Positions 51,290 through 63,900 of a stretch of 64,000 nt of DNA are shown here, in pieces. A program made the position numbers and the translations under genes. The notes beneath the pieces were generated by a model. That model searched no databases. It was not told the origin of the DNA and saw only the letters and a program-made list of their open reading frames with translations. This stretch comes from Mobula birostris (lineage: Eukaryota), in the NCBI RefSeq assembly GCF_030028105.1, contig NC_092381.1, positions 83,602,505 to 83,666,504 of the forward strand. Direction: 5' to 3'. Numbering within the stretch: the first letter of the stretch is position 1; each line of letters opens with the position of its first letter.

Positions 51290-52220
51290 TTAGGCAGTCT
51301 GTCGGGAGCGAGGAGGACTTCCTTCCACTCTGGGTTTATGGGAGCAGATGTGGCAAATGAAGCCACTTTGGAATAGCAGAATCTTCAATAAAGCATGTAG
51401 AGGGTGGATGGGTGGAACATGAGTTAGTGTTCTCCTTCTGCCTCTTATCAGGCATCTCTTTGTTCTCAACAAGTCCTTGAAGTTCTTAATAACATCCTGA
51501 ATCCCCCTTTGAGTGATCGTCAGCTGCAGTTTCCCACCAGTCAGTGGGGTGGTTGCACTTCTTCAAAGAAGGTTTGAGCACATCCTTATTGTTGTTGATG
51601 AAGTCTATGTAGAACGTATCACTCATCCTTTCATGCTTGGATGAACAAAATGACAATGCTCTGGAGGTTACTCTCTAAGTGTACCCAAAACACAAGTGTT
51701 ATATGATTTTGGAACTTGGCCACTGACAGAATTTGACCTTGTTTCTGGATAGGAGCCACTGTGAGTTAAACAGTTTCCTAATAATTTTGAAGATTAGCTC
51801 CACTCCCATAGGAAGTTTCTTTGAGGTGAGGTGCAACATTACAATAGGAAAGACTGAGAAAAATGTTGGGCCAATGATGCAACCTTATTTGATTCTACTC
51901 TTTACTAAGATGTTAACTACCATTTCACCATTCGGTTAGTATCATGGTTTCCTCGCTACTCTGAGCATTGGCAACCAAATTTGAGGAGAATTTTCTACAA
52001 TTCCTCCGGATCATGAGGTTCAAAAAAGTCATGTATATTGGTTAATGCTGTTCCATGCAAAATATTATGGAACTGTCTTCTGGTAAATATCATAACTACT
52101 GTGTTTCCAGATGTTTGGAATCCACACTTAGTCTCAGAGCAGCTTTTCAGATACATGGAGGAGATAGTGCCCAAGGTATCTGGTGATACGCTGATGCAGC
52201 TGTCAATCAAATACCTGACA
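51290..52220 (-). mobile_element. Old RTE/BovB-like LINE remnant
   Basis: 3'-end-like ggcagtctgtcgggagcgaggaggacttccttccactct; degenerate RT segment VKSRIK*GCIIGPTFFS on the minus strand at ~51850-51910. Confidence 0.55.
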
Positions 52221-52494
52221 AATTTTGATCAGATGAGATTAGAAAATAAAATTATTTTACATTTTGAACACTTTTTGTTCTTGAATATATATTTAAGTTT
52301 AAAATTGTTCTACATCTTCAGTAGAGGACTGCTATGTAATGTTGTTTTGTTGCTGACGAAATGTTTGAGGTTTTTTCAATCCTGGTGCTTTTGTCGTATT
52401 ATTCCATGAAATTCATTGAAGATATGTGCGTTGAAGTGAATTAAAATGTGGCCAAGAGATGAAGGTTAACTGCGTCTCTTATGGATACAGGTTG

Positions 52495-52800
52495 GGTGCC
52501 AAGGTGGCATTGTGGTTGGCGAGATGTTTTTGCAGCTCAGGGCATCGGAGTTTGGAGCTTAATCCCAGTGCTGTCTGCTAGGATCTCTGTATGTCCTCCC
52601 TGTAGAATGTGTGGGTGTTCTCCGGGCGCTCCAATTTCCGTCCACAGTCCAAAGATGTACTAGGTAGGTTAACTGATCATTGCAAATTATCCCGTGGTTG
52701 GGATAGGGTTAATTGCCATTTTTTGGGGGTTGCTGGGGCAGTGTGGCTTGAAGGGCTGGGCGGCCTACTCTGCACCACATCACTAAATCAATAAATAAAT
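52495..52800 (+). mobile_element. tRNA-derived V-type SINE; related copies at ~20025-20110, 53500-53890 and 57470-57690
   Basis: V-domain-like gggtgttctccgggcgctccaatttccgtccacagtccaaagatgtac; CR1-like tail with (AAAT)n. Confidence 0.7.
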
Positions 52801-55800
52801 TCATATAAACAAAACTGGAGTAGATCTGCTTCAGAAGAAAATTGTACTCCCACGTTTTATCTGATTAGTGTTCAGTGAATTTTCCTTCGTTACATCTATC
52901 ATTAGGCAATTTAAAATAAAGCACAGAAAACTCAGCAATTCTCCCAATTTAAATGTAAGCTTTCTTATGTATGTGAGCACTGAATATAAATTTATTATTT
53001 TGTAATTGGCAGTTGGTGGATTTGTTTAATTAATGTTCCATGGCTAGTTTCATAAAATTGCTTAACTTCCTCTTTCAATATTTTTATTAATATATAAATT
53101 GCATAAATACAAATACAAAATTCATAAGGATACAAGTAATACGAATTACGTTACATTTAAATCACAGTAACAAGATCACAGTATCCCATATTCCAAATCA
53201 ATCATGCAGGAAAAAAAAAGATTGAATTATGAAATGAAATAAAATAAAATAATTTAACTCCTGAGTCGACGTGGATTCACAAATAGAAAATTGTAATTGA
53301 GCCAGTTAAAAATGCCATCATTCTTTTTGTTTTGTAATTTATTTTTTATTGAAGTTCATCATCAAACAAACATTTCCATAAGATGTATTTCAGATACTGT
53401 TCATATATATCATATATGATCCAAGCAGGAAAGTGTGATACTTGGTGTGTTCATGGTAGCTTAGCTGACAAGGAAACTGGGTCAGGCAGCATGCAATTAG
53501 TCACTGCACAGTGGAGCAGTGAGTAGAGCAGCTGCCTCATCGCTCCTGAGCCGCGGGTTCAATCCCGCACTCCGGTGCTGTCTGTGTGGAGTTGGCATGT
53601 TACAAAGTTCGAAGCAAATTTGTATCCGGCAGCACAGTAATGTAGCGGTTAGAGTGAAGCTATTCCACTTTGGGGTGTTCCGGAGTTCAAGAGTTCAATT
53701 CTGGTGCCATCTGTAAGGAGTTTGAATGTTCTCCCTGTGAACCACAACGGTTTCCTCAGGGTGCTCCAGAGTCCATTTAGTAGGTTAACTGGTCATTGTA
53801 AATTGTTCTGTAATTAGGCTCCTGTTAAAATAGGTTGGTTGCTGTTGCATGTGGCTCGTTGAGCCAGATGGCCCTGTTATATCTAAATTCGTAACTACAA
53901 ATTAAACTACCACAAATGTAGCCAATAAATAAAAGCTGACTGAAGATGGAGCTATTGCATATGATCTGAAGAGTTAAGGAACAGATTGCGGCAGATTGCC
54001 CAGCTGATACCTTCTGTGAAGGAACTAATGCAGGAGAAGCCTTTTAGACCATTTGATTTTTAATGGAGTGAGCTTCTGGCTTTCTATTTTAAGTTTATCT
54101 TCCATTTGCAGAGACCTAGTAACATAACACTGCCATTTAAAAATAAATTCTGTGGAAATCAGTTCTGGTATATTCTTCCCATGGTAGAATATATTGCAGG
54201 CATCTGGAGAATAATTCCCATGAGAGTAAGTTGAAGGCATCCACCACCTCAGGACTCTTCTGGGGTCATAATGTGATCTGAAACTGATGCAAATTTTAAA
54301 TTATCCTAGCACTGTGTACAAACAAAAAGCAATTTGATATTAACACACCGAAGAGTCTCGGCCCAAAATGTCGACTGTACTCTTTTCCTTCAGTGCCGCC
54401 TGGCCTGCTGAGTTCCTCCACCACTTTGTGTGTGTTGCTTGGATTTCCAACATCTTGTTTGATGTTAATGCAACCTACTGTCATTTTCAAAGCTGCCGAT
54501 AGATTTTCCATGTAGTTAATTTCAAGCTAATTGATATATTTAATGTAATCATAACATAGAAATATTTTGAGATTGTGTAAGTGTAATCTATTGGTTGTTT
54601 TTATGGGGCTATGTACACAACTTTAAAACAAAACTATTATTTGATCAGAAACTTGTAGGTTCAGAAACCTGATCACAAAATTTTGACTGAGATTGTCAAT
54701 ATCGTTCTTTTGGATGAGTCTTAAAACTGAGAATTGCTGCTGTGTTTATAAAATGCTACCAAACATACAACTGCTGCCAGCTGGGAAGCAGGTTGTGGGA
54801 CAGCTTCTACCACCAGGCCATCAGACTGCTTAATTCATGCTGATACAACTGTATTTCTTATGTTATATTGACTATCCTGTTGTACATACTATTTATTATA
54901 AATTACTATAAATTGCACATTTAGACAGATGTAAATTGTTTTACTCATGTATGTGAAGGATGTAAGTAATAAAGTCAATTCAATTCAAAATGAATAGGGA
55001 GGTTGTTCCTGGTGTCATGGGTAGTTTTATGCCTCATTCAATATTATGCCTTTTTTAGGTGTTTACATCTACTCTGCTGTTTGTGGAATTATGCATGGGT
55101 CATTAGTTGCTGAATTATCAGCACTGGAACAGTAATTAGACTTCAAAATATTCAGTGGCTGTAAACTGCTTAAGAACATTCTGAAGTTATGAACAATGCT
55201 ATGTTAATGTTGATATCATGAGGCAAGTGTTTTGTTTTTATTGAGTTTTCTAAAGAAATGAAAATAATTTTCTCTGGTGAAGAAGGAAGGCGCATTGTGC
55301 TTGGGATATAAGTGGCATCAAAGGAATTATATTTACTCTTATTGTGAATTGTATGAGTTGATGTTATTTTGGAATCCCAAGCATGTGCTTTATGAAAGCA
55401 ACACACACAAAATGCTGAAGGAACTCAGCAGGCCGTGCAGCTTCTATGGAAAAAAAGTACAGTCGACGTTTTGGGCCGAAGCCCATCGGCAGGATTGGAA
55501 GAACCCGTCGGAACCACCATGTGCTTTATTATCTCTGCCACGATGGTAATCAGGAAATTGAAATCTATTTGTTGTTGACTTCTTTACATTTTGCTAAACT
55601 AAATGCCCTCAGGAAAGTGAGAGCTACTGCTTGTCTCATTCTTAGATTGTGCCAAGAATGTTCAAAATTGCTAAACTAGTTTATGCAATCAATGCATCTT
55701 TAAGAAATGATAACTTATTTATCATGCTGCTACTTTGTGAAACAAACAATTGCGGTTATGGTGCCCAAGATAGCATGTGCAGTAATGTTGTCTCAAATAC

Positions 55801-55949
55801 CTGTTTAAGTGAGGTATTAAATAACGGATTTTGCAAAATTTGTTCTGTGTGCTTAAGAATATGCGTGGTGACTATGGAATATGGCAAAATGGCTGGTAGT
55901 TTTACAGTGCAAAACTGAATTGTGCAATGCAACTTGTAATTACAGTATT

Positions 55950-56520
55950 TAAAGAAAAGTCCGGCGAAGTAACTATCGGGGCTGTACTCTGCAAGTTAAT
56001 CGTGCTTGCCGCTCCCGGACTGACCGGATCCGAGTGCGGCTGCGCGCAGGCAGACCGTTAAGTGTCAGCCGGAGAGCGGAGTGAGGACGGTCGCGGGGCG
56101 GCTCGGAGCTGGAGGGTGCGGGCTGGGTTGGGTGGGGTCCTTCCCGTGGCTGGGAGTCAGGGCTACCGTGAGGTGGCCGTCTTGATTTCGCGTCTGTGTG
56201 TGCGGTTTCCGTTCTTCGTACGGTGGGCCCCAGTGGTCGGCCGGCTGGTGGGGTCGGTCGCCATGGGCAACCGTGGGATGGAGGAGCTCATCCCCATGGT
56301 CAACCGCCTGCAAGATGCCTTCTCCGCCGTCGGCCAGAGCTGCAAGCTGGACCTGCCGCAGATCGCGGTGGTGGGCGGGCAGAGCTCCGGCAAGAGCTCG
56401 GTGCTGGAAAGTTTCGTTGGCAGGTGAGGAACCAGGCACGGTGGTGGGGAACGTGTATTTGGGGGAGAGGGGTGGGTGGTGAGTGATTAATCCGCATGCG
56501 CGCAAAGTTTGGTGGAATCT
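55950..56520 (+). promoter_or_regulatory. CpG island / promoter and 5' region of the dynamin gene
   Basis: Abrupt rise in GC and CpG content; NRF1-like TGCGCGCA at 56041 and GCATGCGCGCA at ~56494. Confidence 0.75.
56263..56423 (+). CDS. DNM3: Classical dynamin coding exon 1 (GTPase N-terminus and P-loop), most likely dynamin-3
   Basis: Kozak GCCATGG; [53 protein letters not shown]+AG|gtgagg; 161 nt. The GQSC segment and position downstream of METTL13 match human DNM3. Confidence 0.88.
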
Positions 56521-58364
56521 TGCTGTGCGCTTTTTGCTCCTCCCCTAAATGCTCCCAATCCAGAATTCCACAACTGCGGAGCGCTTTGGGATACGACTAG
56601 AAAGGGAAAGACTGCAAGAAACGCAATCTTCTTTACCAGTTCTTTCGGGGATCCGTGTAGGATGAGTGTGTATGTGTGGTTGATGCTGGCTCAGGAGCCC
56701 AAGGGACAATTTCTGATCCATATCTCACGATGATTTCTTGTCTCTCTGTTTTAAGTTTAAGATCGCCATTCGGCTCACATGACTGGGTGTCTTAAGTATT
56801 AGTATTTATTGTGGATGTCGTAATTGCTGCTAGAAAATGAATGGTTTGGTGCCCTCTTCTCTCAAAGAGGAAAATCCCATGGTACCAGCAGTCTCCAGAT
56901 TATTGAGGGGCCGTTCTTGAGAACTTATCACAATTTCCCCCCAGGTCAAAACGAGCAATTTCAACGGGAGTCGATTAATATAAACATTTTTATTCTCTTT
57001 TGTGTGATGATACAGAATTGGAATGCTCCACATCCATCGGCTGGTTACATATATACATTTTTTTGAAGACTGGTTGCCTTTCCAATTAACTAACTGCTAC
57101 ACTTTTCCATAATTCTTGTGGATGTTTCCATTCCTGTTACGAACTTTCCCATGAAAAAAATTCTGTAAATATTTAAGGGAGGATTTGTGTAAAGTTGGAT
57201 TCGGCAGTCACGGCTTCTGTAAGTATGATAGAGCATGGTACAGTATTGTACCAACATTTGTCATGAAGTAGTGGTGTGATGCTATTGATCTTTTGACATG
57301 TTTAGCACTTTAAATTTGTGTATTCCATATCTTCATGATTTATATTTTACAGTTTTTACTCCATTTTATGTGGAATATTACAGAATAATTTTTAAAAGTT
57401 CACTGTTAGGATTAAGTGTTGAATGGGTTGTCACCAGCCCATTTCTCACGTTGATGCTCTTTGGTGTGTTCCTGCTACTGCTTATAAGGAGTTTGTATGT
57501 TCTCCGCATGGGTTTCCCATGGGTGCTCCGGTTTACTCCCACATTCCAAAAACCTACTGGTTGGTAGGTTAATTGGTCATTGTGAATTTTCCCATGATTC
57601 GGCTGGGATTAAATCGGGGGATTGCTGGGTGGTGCTGCTTGAAGGGATGAAAGGGCCTACTCCATGCTGTATGTCAAAAAAATAAAATAAAGCGAAATCA
57701 GATGCTTTACAAGTGCATTTAGAAATGCAGTCAGCAACAGTTCAAGATTCTGATACAGGTCCTTAACCGGAAACATCACAGATACTGGCTGACCCACTCT
57801 TCCAGCAGTTTTATTTTGCCTCCAGGTTATATCATCTGCAGTCTTTTATGTCAACAGTTCATACACTTGTGGCATTTCCTTGAGCTGGAATTTTCCAGAG
57901 CATAGATGTTTCATGACATGTCCCTTAAATTATCCTTCAGCATTTCCATTTAAATTCATTAAAGTGTGAATTGGTTGTGAATGACTTGAGGTAACAGAGC
58001 ATTTGCAATTGTAGTGAACAATGGGCCAAACAATGAACCAGGGAATTATAAGAATTAAGTGAACAGACCGAAGAGCTGAGGGAGAAGGGGAAGGAGGTGA
58101 TAAATTCAGATGCAGAAAAAAGGTTAATAATTTTGAAGTCTGACGTTTTAAAATCTGCAAACTGAAACAACTAAGGAATGACTCCATGCTAATTGTTTAC
58201 TTCATAGGTCAGCAAGATTGTTTGATATTTTTTTAAAAAAAACTCTACTTTTAATGCATTTGTGATTTTAGTCACTAGATTTGATTTTATGTTGTGATGA
58301 GTTGAGTGGGCAATTAATATGGAAATCTTAACAATTTCATGAGTGAAGTGCTATGATTTGCTGT

Positions 58365-61200
58365 TAGAAACATAGAAATAGAAAACCTACAGCATAATAC
58401 AGGCCCTTCAGCCCACAATCCTGTGCGGAACGTGTACTTACTTTAGAAATTACCTAGGGTTACCCATAGCCTTCTATTTTTCTAAGCTCCATGTACCTAC
58501 CCAGGAGTCGCTTATCCGCCTCCACCACCATTGCCGGCAACCTATTCCACACACTCACCACTCTGTTATTAAAAAAAGACTTAACCCTCATATCTCCTCT
58601 GTACCTACTTCCAAGCACCTTAAAACTGTGCCCTCTCCTGTTAGCCATTTCAGCCCTGGGAGAAAAGCCTCTGACTATCCACACAAGTCAATGCCTCTCA
58701 TCATCTTATACACCTCTAACAAGTCACCCTCTGTCGCTCCAAGGAGAAAAGGCCATGTTCACTCAACCTATTCTCATAAAGCATGCTCCCCAATCCAGGC
58801 AACATCCTTGTAAATCTCCTCTGCACCTTTTCTATAGTTTCCACATCCTTCTTGTAGTGAGGTGACCAGAACTGACCACAGTACTCCAAGTGCGGTCTGA
58901 CCAGGGTCTTATATACCTGTAACAGTACCTCTTGGCTCTTGAATTCAATCCCACGGTTGAAGAAGGCCAGTGCACCATATGCGTTCTTAACCACACAGTC
59001 AACCTGTGCAACACCTTTGGGTGTCCTATGGGCTTGGAGCCCAATATCCCTCTGATCCTCCACACTGCCAAGAGTCTTACCATTAATACTATATTCTACC
59101 ATAATATCTGGCCTACCAAAAAGAACCGCCTCACACTTATCTGGGTTAAACTTCATCTGCCACTTCTCAACCCAGTTTTGCATTCTATTGATGTCCCGCT
59201 GTAACCTCTGACAGCCCTCCACACTATCCACAACACCCCCAACTTTTGTCATCAGCAAAGTTGCTAACACATCCCTCTACTTCCTCATCCAGGTCATTTA
59301 TAAAAATAACAAAGAGAAGGGGTCCCAGAACAGATCCCTGAGGCGCACCATCGGTCACTGACCTCCATGCAGAATATGACTAGTCTACAACCACACTTTG
59401 CCTTCTGTGGGCATGCCAATTCTGGATCCAAGCAAGGTCCCCTTGGATCACATGCCCCCTTACTTTCTCAATGAGCCTTGCATGGGGTACCTTATCAAAT
59501 GCCTTGCTGAAATCCATATACACTACATCTACTATTCTACCTTCATCAATGTGTTTAGCCACATCCTCAAAAAATTCAATTGGGCTCGTAAGGCAAAACC
59601 TGCCTTTGACAAAGCCATGCTGACTATTCCTAATCATATTATGCCTTTCCAAATGTTCATAAATCCTGCCTCTCAGGATCTTTTCCATCAACTTACCAAC
59701 CACTGAAGTAAGACTCACTGGACTATAATTTCCTGGGCTATCTCTACTCCCTTTCTTGAATAAGGGAATAACGTCTGCAATCCTCCAATCCTTGGAACCT
59801 CTTCCATCCCCATTGATGATGCAAAGATCATCGCCAGAGGCTCAGCAATCTTCTCCCTTGCCTCCCACAGTAGCTTGGGGTACATCTCGCCCAGTCCCGG
59901 AGACTTACTTAACTTGATGCTTCCCAAAAGCTGCAGCGCATCCTGTTCCTTAATGTCTATATGCTCAAGCTTTTCAGTCCGCTGTAAGCCATCGCTATGA
60001 TCACTAAGATCCTTTTCTGTGGTGAATACTGAAGCAAAGTATTCATTAAATACCTCTGCTATCTCCTCCGGTTCCATACACACTTTTCCACTGTCACACT
60101 TCATTGGTCCTATTCTCTCACGTTTTATCCTCTTGCTCTTCACATACCTGTTCAATGCTTTGGGGTTTTCCTTAATCCTGTCTGCCAAGGCCTTCTCATG
60201 GCCCCTTCTGGATCTCCTAATTTCATTCTTAAACTCCTTCCTGCTAGCTTTATAATCTTCTAGATCTCTATCATTACCTAGTTTTTTTGAACCTTTCGTA
60301 AGCTTTTCTTTTCTTCTTGGCTAGATTTACAACAGCCTGTGTACATCACAGTTCCTGTACCCTACCATCCTTTCCTTGTCTCATTGGAATGTACCTATGC
60401 AGAATGCCACACAAATATCCCCTGAACATTTGCCATATTTCTGCAGTACATTTCCCTGAGAACATCTGTTCCCAATTTATACTTCCAAGTTCTTGCCTGA
60501 TAGTCTCTTATTTCCCCTTACTCCAATTAAACACTTTCCTAGCTTGTATGTTCCTATCCCTCTCCAATACTATGGTAAAGGAGATAGAATTGTGATCACT
60601 ATCTCCAAAATGAGCTCTCACTGAGAAACCTGACACCTGATGAGGTTCATTTCCCAATACCAGATCAAGTACAGCCTCTCCTCTTGTTGTCTTATCTATA
60701 TATTGTGTCAGGAAACCTTCCTGAACACATATAACAAGCTCCACCCCATTGAAACCCCTTGCTCACGGGGAGATGCCAGTCAATATTGAGAAGTTAAAAT
60801 CTCCCACCTCGATAGCCCTGTTATTATTACACCTTTCAGGAATCTGTCTCCCTATCTGCTCCTTGATGTCCCTGTTACTATTGGGTGGTCTGTAGAAAAC
60901 ACCCAGTAGAATTATTGACCCATTCCTGTTTCTAACTTCCACCCACAGAGACTCAGTAGACAATCCCTGCATGATTCCTCCTTTTCTGCAGCCGTGACAC
61001 TATCTCTGATCAGCAGTGCTAAGCCCCCACCTCTTTTGCCTTCCTCCCTGTCCTTTCTGAAACATCTAAAGCCTGGCACTGGAAGTAACCATTCCTGCCC
61101 CTGAGCCGTCCAAGTCTCTGTAAGGGCCACAATATCATAGCTCCGAGTGCTCAGCCATGCTCTAAACTCATCCGCTTTGTTCATGATGCTTCTTGCATTG
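58365..61200 (-). mobile_element. CR1 LINE with almost complete, frameshifted ORF2, in dynamin intron 1
   Basis: NARSIMNKADE...IVALTETW (APE start) through RT motifs to the tail tagaaacatagaaatagaaaacctacagc; same subfamily as 10717-13457. Confidence 0.95.
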
Positions 61201-62119
61201 TTCACAGGCTTTAATGCCATTGGCAAATTTGCACATTCATTGTTCCCATGCTATTATTTCCTTGCAACAAATTCTAATCCGGATTTCAGAAAGTTCAAAT
61301 ATTTAAAAAAATGCAATGAAACACAAATCAGAAAACTTAGTTTTAAAGGATAAGGGAAAAATTAGCTTTGGGGAATCTTGCAGTATTACATGTATAGAAA
61401 CAGGCCCAGTGATCTACGTTGTCCACAGTGACAAGTATCCATATAGGCAAATACTGTTTTTATTCCTTCTCCTATTTTCAACTCCCCTCAGTTAGTTAGA
61501 TCTTTCTTTTCTCATAGGGTTCTCTGGGTTTAATCTTTTGTGTTAATATCACAATATATGCAGTCCTTCTAATTAAGATACTTCCATGGTATTATTCAGT
61601 GGAGTTTCAGAGTTTAGACCCAGTGACAATGAAAGACTGGTAATTGCAAGTCTGGATAGTGCATGGCTTATTGGGGAATCTACAAATGATAGTGTTCAAA
61701 GGTGTGTATTGCTCTTGTTATCTTTCTGACATGGACCACAGGCTTGAGAGGTGTTCTGCGTGTAAGTACAGTGTATTCTTTGGATGATACTTACCAGTCT
61801 TTGTGCAGTGGTAGTATGAATTCAGTGTTTAGTGTGGTTACTGGGGTGCTCAGACCTTGATTTCATCAATCATGTCGACGAATGGAGTATTCTGACATGT
61901 TTCTGATTTTTGTCCTGTGGATAGTAGACTGTCATTGGAGTGTCAGCGAGTGAGTCATGACCATTGGATATCCAGATCTCATCTACTCTCAGAGGCATAG
62001 CATTTATGTGGTTTGTCCAGCTGAGTTTCTGGTCAATGGTGACCCCCAGGATATTGATTTAAAAATTATATACAAGAATATATACAGGTGTCCCCCGCTT
62101 TTCGAAGGTTCGCTTTATG

Positions 62120-62964
62120 TGTTACGTACCCCGTAACTGGGTTGCCAAACCAGCAGAAATGGATCACTCAGTTGGATTACTGGAACTAAGAAAGTTTTAT
62201 TAAAGAAGTAAGCAACACAGTACTCTAATCAAAAGGATAATGAATACAACAATTCAGCAATGATAAACACACATGTACACAGAAACTAGGATAATAGGAT
62301 CAATCAAGCTCTATCGTCGTCTAGGGGTAAATGACCAGTTTCAAAGTGACGCAAAGTTCAGTTCAGTTGAGTTGAGTTCAGTTCACAGTAATCACTGCCG
62401 TGGGAGAGAGAGAGAGAAAGCGAATGAATATTCAAAAACGGCTACCACACAGACCTTCGATATTCCTCGCAGTCAGCTTTCGGGCGAGCCCCTTGTAATG
62501 TCTTCTGAGGTCACCGACTGTGACCCCTCCATTCCTCTACAGTGAACCTGGCACCCAGGCAAGGGCGGACACACACACCAGCTTCTCGCCGATCATTCCT
62601 TTCCACCCTGTGCGTCTATGGCTTGGTCCCGCGACCAGCCCTCCAAAACTTTCACCGACTTGTGGGAGGCGCACCGCTTCCAGGGTCTCGTTACCTCGTG
62701 GTGTCGTGTGTGTCTTGCCTTAGCGAACCTGTCCCTTTTTATTCCCCTGCTGGGGTATCGCCTGTCCATCACTTCAAACAGTTCAGGGTTCAAAGAGGAG
62801 CCGGTCTTGACAGCTCTCCTGTCTCTTCATTAACATCTCCAAATGCTGCTCCATTGTTTTCCTTATCTCTCTTTCTCCTGAAGACAGGTGGCAGACCAAC
62901 TGCTGATCCCACTGGTGCCAGCACAGGACAGTTAACATCTTAGTCTATGTGTACTTTCGTCACA
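62120..62964 (-). mobile_element. Solo LTR (845 bp; Gypsy or ERV type), TG...CA ends, 4-bp TSD
   Basis: TGTTACG...CGTCACA termini; TATG at 62116-62119 and 62965-62968; AATAAA on the minus strand at ~62196-62201. Confidence 0.88.
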
Positions 62965-63679
62965 TATGAAACCTCACTGTTATGAAAGACCTACATTAGT
63001 ACCCTGTTTTCGCTTTCAGAAGGTGTTTTAACTGTTATGGAAAAAAAGCGGCGCGCGATAAAAGACAGTGCACGCCCCGAGCAGCCGCTCTTCCCGGATT
63101 CGGAACGGCATTGCATTAACACGTGCCTGTAAGCAGCCGTTTGCAAGATGAGTGCTATGGTATCGGAAAAGCCTAAAAGAGCTCTTAAGGGTGTTACACT
63201 TAGCGTAAAACTAGACATAATTAAGCATTTCGATCGTGGTGAACGAAGTAAGGACAAAGTGAGTTTGGCTTGTGGAAGCTGACGAACATGATGTTGAAGA
63301 GGTTTTGGCATCCCACGACCAAGAACTGACAGATGAAGAGCCGATGCAATTGGAAGAAAAAAGGATAACAATCGAAACTGAATGAGTAATGATAAAGTAC
63401 GACTTTAATTTTGAAAGGGTACGTCGGTTTAGGGGATATTTGCAGGATGGTTTGAGTCCTTACCAAGAACTGTGTGATAGAAAAATGCGCGCAGCTCAAC
63501 AGTCAAGGAAGCCTAGCCACAGCAGACGACGAACCTCAACCTTCGACATCAAGGCGAGCAGTCATAGGAGAAGATGAGCTGCCTGCTCTAATGGAAACAG
63601 ACGACGAGATGACACCTCAGTGTCCCACCACCCTAACCCCCGGGCCTCGGACAGATACCGATTCATGGAGAATGCAAAG

Positions 63680-63900
63680 GCAGCCGGGAGGCACACAGCA
63701 CATCTTTAAGAAAAAAGCCGAAATAAACATGCTAATTAATTAGGTGCCGCCGACACATAATTGTCAGCCCAGATCAGAGACGATGCAATCGGAAATCGGC
63801 ACTGATCTGGGCTGACAATTACATGCCGGGCGGCACCTAATTAATTAGCATGTTTGTTTCGGCTTTTTTCTTAAAGATGTGCTGTGTGCCTCCCGGCTAC
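63680..63900. repeat. Hairpin with ~98-bp arms inside the Tigger-like element
   Basis: gcagccgggaggcacacagcacatctttaag...cagatcag versus ctgatctg...cttaaagatgtgctgtgtgcctcccggctac; ~24-nt spacer. Confidence 0.9.

Noticed and set aside
56062-56505. Several overlapping ORFs around the dynamin start, including an in-frame upstream extension from 56062
   Set aside because: Expected in a GC-rich CpG island. The extension has no ATG (it starts at GTG), and the ATG at 56263 has a strong Kozak context and matches the conserved dynamin start.
10717-61200. Two long CR1 copies in opposite orientation as a giant inverted repeat
   Set aside because: Independent insertions of a high-copy subfamily ~45 kb apart, with different 5' truncation points.
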